From Candidatus Latescibacterota bacterium (GTDB taxonomy: Bacteria; Latescibacterota; UBA2968; GCA-2709665), in NCBI GenBank assembly GCA_963667175.2, contig CAXXXF010000006.1, positions 384,001 through 448,000 of the forward strand: DNA of 64,000 bases, read 5' to 3'. The notes under the pieces are model-generated. The model saw nothing but the letters and a program-made list of their open reading frames with translations, did no database searches and was not told where the DNA came from. The translations under genes were made by a program, and so were the position numbers. Positions 20,058 through 29,526 of this stretch are shown piece after piece. Within the stretch, counting starts at the first letter, position 1; every line of letters begins with the position of its first letter.

Positions 20058-20217
20058 CAGCCCGTTGAAAAAGTCCATCCGGGCTGCGTCCGGCCCCTAT
20101 GGCCGAAATACGGCGTTGCGCTCCCTCCCCGAATCCAGGGATTCGCGTCGGTCGCGCGTCTTGTCTTCGGCCACAATGACTCGGCCTCGCCTGCAGAGCG
20201 ACTTTTTCAACGGACTG
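20058..20217. mobile_element. MITE-like element, copy 1 (160 bp)
   Basis: 18-bp terminal inverted repeats CAGCCCGTTGAAAAAGTC / GACTTTTTCAACGGACTG (17/18 match); near-identical copy at 59079-59257. Confidence 0.85.
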
Positions 20218-20435
20218 AGACGCCCTTCGGCCAACAACCTGTAACCGTGTCGTGACGCAATGAAAGCCGGAAACAGGCAAAGCGGATGCAGCCACGTTCC
20301 AAGACTCGCCAGACGGTGATTTGTTTCTGGGCTGGTCCGGTCTTGGCGAAAGTCGCGGCAAACGACAGATGCGCCCGCCAAGTTGCGGGCATTCATCACA
20401 CGGACGACCGTTCGCGGGAATCGTGAACAAAACAC

Positions 20436-20464
20436 TTGACATATCGAGTGAATCCTGTTATTTA
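20436..20464 (+). promoter_or_regulatory. Candidate sigma70 promoter for the STAS operon
   Basis: TTGACA-N17-TATTTA with a TG extension; the -10 box is imperfect. Confidence 0.45.
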
Positions 20465-20547
20465 AACGTTTCGGCACCCATCCGTCAATGAATTCCAAAT
20501 TAATAGCAACTGAGTGGTCGGTCCACAACAAAAAAGGAGATCGGTCG

Positions 20548-20892
20548 ATGGAGGTTAACACCGAGCGGAACAACGGCACCTTGATCGCGAAGGCTGAGGG
20601 GCGCGTCGACGGGTCCAATGCCCGAGAGTTCGAGGAGGCGCTCGATTCCGCGATCACCCAGCATGAAGACGGTCAGGCCGTGATCGTGGATTTCGAAGGG
20701 CTTTCATATATTAGCAGCGCGGGCCTTCGGGTCATCCTGCTGACCGCCAGAACGCTTCGAAAACAGGACAAGGAATTTGTAGTCTGCTCGCTCTCTGACC
20801 CGATCAGGGAAGTCTTTGAAATCAGCGGATTCGACAAGATAATACCGGTTTACGCCTCCAGGTCCGAAGCGATGGCAGCAGTTGGAGGATAG
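20548..20892 (+). CDS. STAS-domain anti-anti-sigma factor (RsbV/SpoIIAA-like)
   Basis: AGGAG RBS; GRVD, DFEGLSYISSAGLR (phosphoacceptor Ser), VFEISGFD. Confidence 0.92.
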   Translation: MEVNTERNNGTLIAKAEGRVDGSNAREFEEALDSAITQHEDGQAVIVDFEGLSYISSAGLRVILLTARTLRKQDKEFVVCSLSDPIREVFEISGFDKIIPVYASRSEAMAAVGG

Positions 20893-21092
20893 CAACGGGT
20901 TGGTCCGGGACTTCTTCACGCAAGCACATTGTGTTCGCTGCGGAAGTACCACGGGTGGAAGCGACATTGTAACCGTACCGGGTTCTCCGGGCGATCACCG
21001 GGGCGTCGGCAGAATGGCCGGCGCGACCGCCGTGTTGTCCCCGGGTAGCCGACGGTTCCACCTGAATCTCCCGAGAAACTGAAAGGCCGACC

Positions 21093-22766
21093 ATGATCGA
21101 AGACCTGCTGCCGATCGGTTTGCTCATCGTCGTCGCCAAGCTCCTCGAGTGCCTCCTCGACCGCATCGGACTGAGCTCGATTGTCGCCTACACGGCGGCG
21201 GGAGTAATCCTCGGCCCCATCGCGGGTATTGTTGAGCCAACCAGCAAGCTTCAGATCTTCCTGGGCATCGGCGTCTTTATCCTCTTCTTCCTCGTCGGCC
21301 TCGACGAAATAGACATCCCCGGCTTTGTGGCAACCATCCGGGGGCGTTTTTTTTATGCGGCTATCCTTTCAGTTGCGATCTCGATGGTTGCGGCCATGGT
21401 GGTCACGTCGAACCTCTTCGACGTGGATTTCTCTCTCAAACTCCGCTTCAAGGATGCGCTTGCGCTCGCCGGAATCCTTTCGATGTCAAGCCTGGGGCTT
21501 GTGGCGAAGGTGCTGGCAGACAAGGGATATCTAAAGGAACCCCTTGGCCTTGAAATCTTCACCACCGTCATCATCGCCGAGATGATCACACTCCTGGTCG
21601 TTGGATTCAGCATCGGCGAACATACCATCGGCGCGCACGACCACCTCTGGGGCGGCGCCGTCAGCGTGGTATTCCTGCTTGCGCAGGTCGCGGCTTTCGC
21701 GGTTGTGGCGTGGATTCTGTCCGCCAGAGTGATGCCGCCGACAATTCTCTTTCTGAAACGGATCTTCAACGTCCCCGAGCTGTCGTTCGGATTGCTGATG
21801 GGCGGCCTGTTTCTGATGGTCGTCGTTGCCGAAGAAATGGGGCTGCACGGGTCCATCGGCGCTTTGCTATTCGGCGCGGCGCTCTCGGGCCTGCCGCGTC
21901 AGGTACACAATGACGTTATGCCCGGCATCCGCAGCGCGGCGGAAGGCCTCTTTGTTCCTATCTTCTTTGCGTCGGCCGGCTTGCGGCTCGATTTTTCCTT
22001 CCTTTCCCTGCCGGCGGCAACCATTATCGCGGTTCTGACGGTTCCCGCCGTGGGGAAATTCGCCGGCGCATTCATTGGCGCCTACGTGGCTCGACTCGAC
22101 AAACCCTACGCGCAAGCGACCGGACTGATGGCAAAGGGTGTGGCCGAAATCGCGCTGCTGCTGGTCCTGCTGGAAAACGGCGTCATTGGACAGGACGTGT
22201 TCTCGCTGGTCGTGCTCGCGATGTTCGGCTATATCGTGCTGATGCCACAGGCAATTTCATCTGCGGTCAACAGAGCACGCCTGACTCACCGCCCGACGCC
22301 GCCGGACGTTGTACCGGCCTCCTTCGCGCGCCGCGCCCTCGACGACATCAGAGCCAGTCACGTTCTGGATCCATCCCGGTCGTATCCCGATGTATCGCTG
22401 TCAATCAGGAGATTCGCCGATGAGTGGATCGTACCGGATCAACAGGACTACGTCGTGGTTGACAACGGCGCCGTTGCGGGGACCGTTTCGCCGGCACGGC
22501 TGACGTCTGTACCGACGGGGTCCTGGGCGGACACGCCGCTCCAGCGTGTGCTCCGACCCGACCCGCCCCACGTCGAACCCGACGAGCCCATTGTAGACGT
22601 TCTTCAAAAGCTGTCACGCCACTCCATGTCGGTGATACCGGTCCGGGACAAGGACTCACACGATTTCCTCGGCACCATAACCAGTCACGACGTCGTCGAC
22701 CTTGTCCTTCTTATGGATGAAATCGCCGACGAGTTGAAGGAGATGGAAAAACAAAGGGCGAATTGA
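21093..22766 (+). CDS. CPA2-type cation:proton antiporter with C-terminal CBS pair
   Basis: About 12-13 TMs, AGVILGP, FLVGL, IGALLFG, FVPIFFASAGL, GKFAGA; CBS-like end IPVRD...FLGTITSHDV. Confidence 0.85.
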   Translation: MIEDLLPIGLLIVVAKLLECLLDRIGLSSIVAYTAAGVILGPIAGIVEPTSKLQIFLGIGVFILFFLVGLDEIDIPGFVATIRGRFFYAAILSVAISMVAAMVVTSNLFDVDFSLKLRFKDALALAGILSMSSLGLVAKVLADKGYLKEPLGLEIFTTVIIAEMITLLVVGFSIGEHTIGAHDHLWGGAVSVVFLLAQVAAFAVVAWILSARVMPPTILFLKRIFNVPELSFGLLMGGLFLMVVVAEEMGLHGSIGALLFGAALSGLPRQVHNDVMPGIRSAAEGLFVPIFFASAGLRLDFSFLSLPAATIIAVLTVPAVGKFAGAFIGAYVARLDKPYAQATGLMAKGVAEIALLLVLLENGVIGQDVFSLVVLAMFGYIVLMPQAISSAVNRARLTHRPTPPDVVPASFARRALDDIRASHVLDPSRSYPDVSLSIRRFADEWIVPDQQDYVVVDNGAVAGTVSPARLTSVPTGSWADTPLQRVLRPDPPHVEPDEPIVDVLQKLSRHSMSVIPVRDKDSHDFLGTITSHDVVDLVLLMDEIADELKEMEKQRAN

Positions 22767-22890
22767 CCCCGTACCGGACTATTCGTATCACGATGGACCG
22801 CGAACGAAACGGGGACCGGATAAAACCCGTTCACGCATGTCCGCAGGATTCGGAAATTCAGCAAACCATCCTATCCCTGGACAATTCGAA

Positions 22891-24060
22891 ATGTCAGCAC
22901 TCCCGTACAAAATTCTGGTAGTGGACGACGAACCCGACCTCGAACCGCTCATGCTGCAGCGAATGCGGCGTCCGATCCGCCGGGGCCGTTACGCGTTCGT
23001 ATTTGCGCAAAACGGGATCGAGGCTCTCGAACGGTTGAACCAGGACAACACCATCGATATGGTGCTGTCCGACATCAACATGCCCAAGATGGACGGCCTC
23101 ACGCTGCTCGAGCAGATACCCAAAGTGGACCCGAATATCCGTTCCGTGATTATCTCTGCGTACGGCGACATGAAGAACATCCGGATCGCAATGAACCGCG
23201 GCGCGTTCGATTTCGTCACCAAGCCCATTGACTTCTCGGACCTTCAGGTCACGATCGATCGAACCATGCGCCATCTGATCGAGTGGCGGGAAGCGCTCGA
23301 ATCACGCGACAAGCTGATTGCACTGCAGAACGAACTCGACGTGGCCAGCAAGATGCAGCAATCGATTCTTCCAACCCGGTTTCCCGAGTATCCGGCCTAT
23401 CAGGCATACGGAAGCATGGAACCCGCCCGTAACGTCGGCGGCGACTTCTTCGACATCATCCGGCTCGAAGACGGTCGTATCGGCATTGCGATCGCCGACG
23501 TTTCGGACAAAGGCGTTCCAGCAGCCCTCTTCATGATGTCGAGCCGGACGGTGTTGCGGGGCGCGGCAATCGGAACCACAAATCCCGGTGAGGTATTGTT
23601 CGAAGTCAACAATTCGCTCTACGAGAACAATGAAGCCGCGATGTTTGTCACCGTCTTCTACGCGGTATTCGATCCCGCGAACCGGCAGTTCACGTACGCC
23701 AACGGCGGCCACAATTCTCCGCTCATCGTCAACGCGAACGGTGAAGCGACCCTGCTGCCCCTGACGGGCGGAGTCGCCCTCGCAATGATGCCGGACATCG
23801 AATACGGATACAATTCGGTCACACTGGCGCCGGGCGATACGGTTATACTTTACACCGACGGCGTGACGGAAGCCATTGACAGCGCGGAGGTAGAATTCGG
23901 CGTCAAGCGCCTGCAGGACGTTTTCTCGGGCGCGCCTCCGCAGGACGCCCGGGAAGCCAACGGCGCGGTCTTTGATGCCGTGAATGACTTCGTGGGGGAC
24001 ACTCCCCAGTTCGACGACATAACCTGCGTTACGTTTCGGTACAGGGGGGAAGAGACGTGA
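22891..24060 (+). CDS. Response regulator receiver-PP2C (SpoIIE/RsbU-like) phosphatase
   Basis: ILVVDDE, SDINMPKMDG, FVTKP; VGGDFF, IADVSDKG, YTDGVTEA, DDIT. Confidence 0.93.
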   Translation: MSALPYKILVVDDEPDLEPLMLQRMRRPIRRGRYAFVFAQNGIEALERLNQDNTIDMVLSDINMPKMDGLTLLEQIPKVDPNIRSVIISAYGDMKNIRIAMNRGAFDFVTKPIDFSDLQVTIDRTMRHLIEWREALESRDKLIALQNELDVASKMQQSILPTRFPEYPAYQAYGSMEPARNVGGDFFDIIRLEDGRIGIAIADVSDKGVPAALFMMSSRTVLRGAAIGTTNPGEVLFEVNNSLYENNEAAMFVTVFYAVFDPANRQFTYANGGHNSPLIVNANGEATLLPLTGGVALAMMPDIEYGYNSVTLAPGDTVILYTDGVTEAIDSAEVEFGVKRLQDVFSGAPPQDAREANGAVFDAVNDFVGDTPQFDDITCVTFRYRGEET

Positions 24061-24476
24061 GTGCGAGACAATCCTTTCGTATTGGCGCGGATCTCGACGA
24101 ATTGCGACGGGTCGCCGAAGCAGCCGAGGAACTGGGGCTGCAGGAAGACTGGTCCCCGGCCATGGTGCACCAGGTAGATCTCGCCATTGAAGAACTTGGA
24201 AACAACATCGTCCGACACGGGCTCGCCGGCGGCCCGGGCGAGATAGAGATTACATTGACCTCGGACGCCAAAACGATCAAGATTGAGATTTCGGACGACG
24301 GCCAACCCTTCAATCCGCTTAAGGACGCGCCGAAACCCGATCTGGAAGCCGCGCTTGAGGATCGACCCATCGGCGGACTCGGCATTCACCTGGTACTTAC
24401 GATGATGGATGAGATGCACTACCGGCGAGAGAACGAAAGGAATCACCTGACACTGGTGAAGCGGAGGGCCGGATGA
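24057..24476 (+). CDS. RsbW-like anti-sigma factor Ser/Thr kinase
   Basis: LAIEELGNNIVRHG, SDDGQPFNP, GGLGIHLV; GTGA overlap with the phosphatase gene. Confidence 0.9.
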   Translation: MSARQSFRIGADLDELRRVAEAAEELGLQEDWSPAMVHQVDLAIEELGNNIVRHGLAGGPGEIEITLTSDAKTIKIEISDDGQPFNPLKDAPKPDLEAALEDRPIGGLGIHLVLTMMDEMHYRRENERNHLTLVKRRAG

Positions 24477-25654
24477 GATTCGCGCTCCGCACGTCGACGA
24501 GGTTTTTTGTCGCTTGGGTCGCGCTGGCGCCCGCCATTGAGGCCGGCGGGTTGGAAACGGGAGTCTCGGACACGAGCATCGTTTTCGGCCAGTCCGCCGC
24601 CTTCACAGGGCCCGCGGCGCAACTCGGCGCCGACATGAAACGCGGTATTGAAGCGGCATTTCACGAGATCAACCGGCGCGGCGGTGTCCACAACCGACGG
24701 TTGGAGCTCGTTTCTCGCGATGACGCATACGAGCCGGAAGCCGCCATTGCAAACACCCGTTACCTCATCAACGAAGCACAGGTGTTCGCGCTCATTGGCG
24801 CCGTAGGCACGCCCACGTCCCGTTCAGCCACCCCGGTCGCTGCAGAAGCAAATATTCCATATATCGCGCCGTTTACGGGTGCGGCGTTTCTCCGCGAAGC
24901 CAAATGGAACAACGTGATTAACCTGAGGGCGTCGTACAACCAGGAGACGGAAGAAATGGTGGCGCGCCTGACAGGCGACCTTGGTGTCAGGCGCATCGCC
25001 GTCCTGTACCAGGACGATTCCTTCGGAAGGGCCGGATACCACGGCGCGCGTCGCGCACTCGAACGGCGAGGTATGGAGGCCGTGGCCGTGGGGTTGTATC
25101 CGCGCAATACAACGGCAGTGAAAACGGCATTGCTCGACTTGCGCATGGCGTCTCCCGAGGCGGTGATTCTGATTGGCGCGTATGGTCCGGTTGCCACGTT
25201 TATCGCATGGGCGCGGCACATCGGTTGGGACCCTGTTTTCATTACCATTTCATTCGTGGGCAGCAATGCGCTCGCCAGGCAGTTGGGCCCCGAGGGAGCG
25301 GGAGTCTACGTCACCCAGGTCGTGCCGTTTCCTGCCGACGACTTCTTCCCTGTCGCATCGGCCTATCGCCGGGCGCTCGCAACCTCCGAGCCCGGTGCGG
25401 CTCCAGGGTTCGTCTCCTTCGAAGGGTACCTGGCCGGTCGCCTCGCCATCGCCGCTCTCCAGCGCTGTGGCCAGGACGTAAGGCGGGCCACCTTTCTCAA
25501 CAGCCTTCGCAGTACCAGAATTGTCGATATCGACGGATTTGAACTGCGATACGGCAGCCAGGACAACCAGGGGTCGGATGCCGTTTTCCTGACCATGATC
25601 GGTCGTGACGGACGCTACTATCCAATCGAAAAGCTCCAGGAAGCGGCGCCGTGA
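24473..25654 (+). CDS. Stand-alone LivJ-like periplasmic binding protein
   Basis: FGQSAAFTGPAA, INRRGGVHNR, DDAYEP, GAVGTPT, LRASY, YQDDSFG; no permease or ATPase genes adjacent. Confidence 0.9.
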   Translation: MRFALRTSTRFFVAWVALAPAIEAGGLETGVSDTSIVFGQSAAFTGPAAQLGADMKRGIEAAFHEINRRGGVHNRRLELVSRDDAYEPEAAIANTRYLINEAQVFALIGAVGTPTSRSATPVAAEANIPYIAPFTGAAFLREAKWNNVINLRASYNQETEEMVARLTGDLGVRRIAVLYQDDSFGRAGYHGARRALERRGMEAVAVGLYPRNTTAVKTALLDLRMASPEAVILIGAYGPVATFIAWARHIGWDPVFITISFVGSNALARQLGPEGAGVYVTQVVPFPADDFFPVASAYRRALATSEPGAAPGFVSFEGYLAGRLAIAALQRCGQDVRRATFLNSLRSTRIVDIDGFELRYGSQDNQGSDAVFLTMIGRDGRYYPIEKLQEAAP

Positions 25655-27852
25655 TCCGTACACTGAAACAGCTTCTCAAAGGCCGCTTCCGCATCGCCAC
25701 GCAACTCTATCTGGGAATCGGCGGCGCGGTTGCCATCACCATGGTCGCGAGCCTGGTCGGATGGTTCTCATTTGACCTCGTCGGCGATATCCAGAACCGC
25801 GTGAACGAGGGCAGCGTCCCGGAAATGGCCGCCGCGTTTGGCGTCGCCCAGCAGAGCGGCACCCTGGTCGCCGCGGCGCCCCGTTTGACCTCGGCCGCTA
25901 CGGTGGCTGACTTCGTTCGAGTCAAGGCGGACATTGCCACAGAGCGCAGGGCCTTTGAATCACAGTTGGCAGCCCTGGTACAAGGGGACACCCGGAAGGA
26001 AGACGAGGAGCGATTCCGCCGAATACACAGCTATGCCGCCGCGCTGATGTCCAACATCGACGCGATTGAGCGGGAGGTCGCCGAGCTGTTCGAGGTCAAC
26101 TCGCGAAGCGAAGAACTGCGTGCGGAACTGTCCAATCTTCGGTCGAAATTGTCCGGCATGCTCATTCCGGCCATCGACGACCAGTTGTTCTACGCGATGA
26201 CAGGCTACCGCACAATCGGCCAGCCGCCCGCGTCCCGCGAGCGGCATTTTTCGGACGAAGAATTCGATCGGTACCGCCACCTCGCCGATTTAAAAGCCGA
26301 TGCCACCATCGCGACACAGCTGCTTTCAAGTTCATTCAACCTTTCGGACGCACTCCTGTTGGAGCCGTTGCGCGAACGCTTTGAGGCCGCTGCCGGGCGC
26401 ATCGAACGCAGCCTGTCGGCACTGGGTACATCTCCATGGCGCGACCAGATCGCACCGCACCTGAACTGGCTCTTTGAACTGGGACTGGGCGAACAGGGCG
26501 GGTTTGACCTTATCGTTCGTGAGTTCGAGCTGACCGACCGGCAGCGCAACCTCCTGCAGGACAACCTGAGTCTTGAAATCAAGCTCGGCGCGGAAGTCGA
26601 GGGTCTCGTCAGCGCCGCCCGCGAACGCACACGCGAGGCCACGCTGGCATCCACACGGGCCATTGGAACCGGTCGCAGCGTACTGCTGGGGCTGAACGTG
26701 GTCAGTATCACCGGCGCCCTGCTGATCGCGTGGCTCTTCGTCGGCCGCGTGCTATTGCGACGGCTCGGACGGCTGTCGAACAGAATGCAGGGGATGGCCG
26801 ATGGCGACCTGGAAGCCAAAGTCGATATCAGCGGAAACGACGAAGTCGCGGATATGGCGGCGGCACTGGAGGTATTCCGGCGGCATGCCCTCGAAGTCCA
26901 GCGCCTGAACCTCGTGGAAAAACTCGCAGAGGAGTTGCGTGAGAAGAACGAACAGCTGGAAGCCGTGCTGGAGGACCTCCGGAAGGCGCAGGACCAGATC
27001 GTAATGCGCGAAAAGCTGGCGGCGCTCGGCGAACTTACAGCCGGGGTGGCGCACGAAATCAAGAACCCGCTGAACTTTGTCAAGAATTTCTCCGAGGTCT
27101 CGCAGGAACTTCTGGAGGAACTTGGAGAGGAACTCCAGGACACACTCAGCGAAGAAGGCGGTGAACTTGACGAAGAGGGGCGCGAACTCGTCCAGGAAAT
27201 ATGCCAGGATCTCAACGACAACCTCGCGCGCATCCGGGAACACGGCGAGCGGGCCAACCGGATCGTACAGGACATGCTTTCAATGGGTCGGGGTTCGGCT
27301 CAGCGACAGGCCACCAACATCAACAACCTGCTCGACGAGCACGCCCGGCTCGCCTACCATAGCGCCAGAGCGAGCGACACCGAATTCCAACTCGATATCA
27401 AACAGGATCTGGACCCTTCCGTTGGTGACGTCGAGGTCGTCCCTCAGGATCTGGGCCGCGTATTCCTGAACATGGTAAGCAACGCCTGCCATGCAACCGA
27501 CGAGAGACGACGCGGCGTCGAACAGTCGGAAGACAACAAGGATTCTTACATGCCCACATTGTGGTTGACGACCCGACGTGACCCGGAACATCTGGTCGTG
27601 AGAATCCGGGACAATGGCACCGGAATGCCGCCGCAGGTCGTAGAAAAGATCTTCAACCCGTTTTTCACCACGAAACCGACAGACCAGGGCACCGGGCTCG
27701 GTCTTGCACTCTCCAATGACATCGTGCGCGAGCATGGAGGCAGCATCCGGGTCGAAACCGAGCCCGGCGAATATACGGAGATGATTGTAGAGATTCCCCT
27801 GGAAGCGCCCGCGTTGGTGGCGGAGGAGACCACCGTTGAGGATTCATCCTGA
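25651..27852 (+). CDS. Membrane sensor histidine kinase (TorS-like helical periplasmic sensor, HAMP, HisKA, HATPase)
   Basis: Two TMs around a long helical domain starting ...SVPEM...LVAAAPRL; HAMP GNDEVADMA; GVAHEIKNP, NMVSNA, DNGTG, FFTTK, GTGLGL. Confidence 0.9.
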   Translation: MIRTLKQLLKGRFRIATQLYLGIGGAVAITMVASLVGWFSFDLVGDIQNRVNEGSVPEMAAAFGVAQQSGTLVAAAPRLTSAATVADFVRVKADIATERRAFESQLAALVQGDTRKEDEERFRRIHSYAAALMSNIDAIEREVAELFEVNSRSEELRAELSNLRSKLSGMLIPAIDDQLFYAMTGYRTIGQPPASRERHFSDEEFDRYRHLADLKADATIATQLLSSSFNLSDALLLEPLRERFEAAAGRIERSLSALGTSPWRDQIAPHLNWLFELGLGEQGGFDLIVREFELTDRQRNLLQDNLSLEIKLGAEVEGLVSAARERTREATLASTRAIGTGRSVLLGLNVVSITGALLIAWLFVGRVLLRRLGRLSNRMQGMADGDLEAKVDISGNDEVADMAAALEVFRRHALEVQRLNLVEKLAEELREKNEQLEAVLEDLRKAQDQIVMREKLAALGELTAGVAHEIKNPLNFVKNFSEVSQELLEELGEELQDTLSEEGGELDEEGRELVQEICQDLNDNLARIREHGERANRIVQDMLSMGRGSAQRQATNINNLLDEHARLAYHSARASDTEFQLDIKQDLDPSVGDVEVVPQDLGRVFLNMVSNACHATDERRRGVEQSEDNKDSYMPTLWLTTRRDPEHLVVRIRDNGTGMPPQVVEKIFNPFFTTKPTDQGTGLGLALSNDIVREHGGSIRVETEPGEYTEMIVEIPLEAPALVAEETTVEDSS

Positions 27853-28016
27853 ACGGATAGGGCGCTCGATCCAACCGGCGGTCCTGCAGGTGGTCAGGGA
27901 CGGCAGTTTCGAAACGCTGGGGAGTTGACCGCACGTCGCGGCGGCGCAGAACCCGGCGAAGATGCCCTTCGATACCGACAACAAACATTGAAACCCGGGA
28001 TGTTCAGGCTGTCGCC

Positions 28017-29450
28017 ATGAATTTCGACACGTACGCTATGGATCGGGAGTTTTACGACGAGATGTTTCTTCCGGACGGCAGTCCCAGGGAGCACTGCCGC
28101 CCGCTTTTCGAAGCGCTGAGCGATCTCTCCAGGGAAGAACTTTCGAGCATCCAGGACCGGGTAACGCGTTCTTTTTCCAACGAGGGGATCACGTTTACCG
28201 TTTACGGCGACGAGGAAGCCACGGAACGCATCATCCCGGTCGACTGCGTGCCGAGGGTCCTATCGGGCGCCGAATGGGGTCAACTCGTTAACGGACTCAC
28301 CCAGCGCCTCGCCGCCCTCAATCGCTTTCTCCAGGACATATATAACGAGGCACGCATCATAGAAGACGGCGTTATCCCGGTGGATATGGTTAAGGGTTGT
28401 CCGCAGTACCGCGTGGAAATGCGCGGCGTTTCTCCACCCCATAGCGCCTGGGTTTCGATCTGTGGGACCGACCTCGTTCGCACCAACGACGGCTTTCTGG
28501 TCCTTGAAGACAACCTGCGCGTCCCCTCGGGTGTTTCGTATATGGTAGCGAATCGTAAGGCGGTGAAGGCAAGTCTGCGCCGCCTCTACAGACGTTCCCG
28601 CGTACAGGACGTGGAACATTATGGCAGGCTGCTGCGCGAGATTCTCGTCGATCTCGCTCCGGGCGGGCGGTCCGAACCCTGCATCGTGCTGCTGACGCCC
28701 GGCGTTTACAATTCGGCTTTCTACGAGCACATGTTTCTTGCCCGCGAGATTGGCGCTGCGCTTGTCGAGGGGCGTGACCTCCTCGTCAACGACGGCTTTG
28801 TCTACATGCGCACGACCACCGGCCTCCGGCGGGTGGACGTGGTCTACAGGCGCGTCGACGACGACTTTCTCGATCCCCTCGCCTTTCGCGCGGATTCCCT
28901 TCTTGGCGTGCCCGGCTTGCTCCACGCCTACAAACTTGGCAACGTGACCCTTGTGAACGCGCCGGGCACGGGTGTGGCCGACGACAAGAGCGTCTATGCC
29001 TACGTTCCGGACATTATACGTTACTACCTGGGAGAAGAGCCCTTACTGGCCAGCGTCGAGACGTACCTGTGCCGCCATCCGGAACAGCTTGAATACACGC
29101 TTGATAACCTTGAGAACCTGGTTGTAAAGCGGGTTGGCGAGTCAGGGGGTTACGGCATGCTGATCGGGCCCCACGCCACGCCGGAAGAACGCGAGGATTA
29201 CGCCAGGGAGTTGCGCGCCGACCCCGCCGACTTTATCTCCCAGCCGGTTCTGTCGCTTTCCCGCTCGCCGTGCCTGGTGGACGGCCGGTTCGAACCGCGG
29301 CACGTCGACCTGCGTCCATTTGTGCTCCACGGCCGGGAGACGCGCATCGTTCCCGGCGCATTCTGCCGGGTTGCCCTGCGTCGGGGCAGCCTTGTCGTGA
29401 ACTCAAGCCAGGGGGGCGGCGGGAAGGATCTCTGGGTCCTGGAAAACTGA
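28017..29450 (+). CDS. Circularly permuted ATP-grasp type 2 protein
   Basis: YDEM, GITFTVY, LEDNLRVPSGVSY, YRRVDDDFLDP, GVADDK, HVDLRPF, VVNSSQGGGGKD. Confidence 0.93.
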   Translation: MNFDTYAMDREFYDEMFLPDGSPREHCRPLFEALSDLSREELSSIQDRVTRSFSNEGITFTVYGDEEATERIIPVDCVPRVLSGAEWGQLVNGLTQRLAALNRFLQDIYNEARIIEDGVIPVDMVKGCPQYRVEMRGVSPPHSAWVSICGTDLVRTNDGFLVLEDNLRVPSGVSYMVANRKAVKASLRRLYRRSRVQDVEHYGRLLREILVDLAPGGRSEPCIVLLTPGVYNSAFYEHMFLAREIGAALVEGRDLLVNDGFVYMRTTTGLRRVDVVYRRVDDDFLDPLAFRADSLLGVPGLLHAYKLGNVTLVNAPGTGVADDKSVYAYVPDIIRYYLGEEPLLASVETYLCRHPEQLEYTLDNLENLVVKRVGESGGYGMLIGPHATPEEREDYARELRADPADFISQPVLSLSRSPCLVDGRFEPRHVDLRPFVLHGRETRIVPGAFCRVALRRGSLVVNSSQGGGGKDLWVLEN

Positions 29451-29526
29451 GAAGACTGATTCCGAAGACGTTGGGAAGGCAAACCACGTATTCCGCCGTT
29501 GTGGCGAAACCACGAAAGGAGAGGGT

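Noticed and set aside
19997-20176. Shared N-terminus MWPKTRRATDA on ORFs 19022-20176 and 56070-59216
   Set aside because: Artefact of reading through the MITE; both genes have a good GGAGG RBS and signal peptide further downstream.
27853-28016. Sigma54 promoter for the nitrogen-related operon
   Set aside because: No TGGCAC-N5-TTGC here or before amt.
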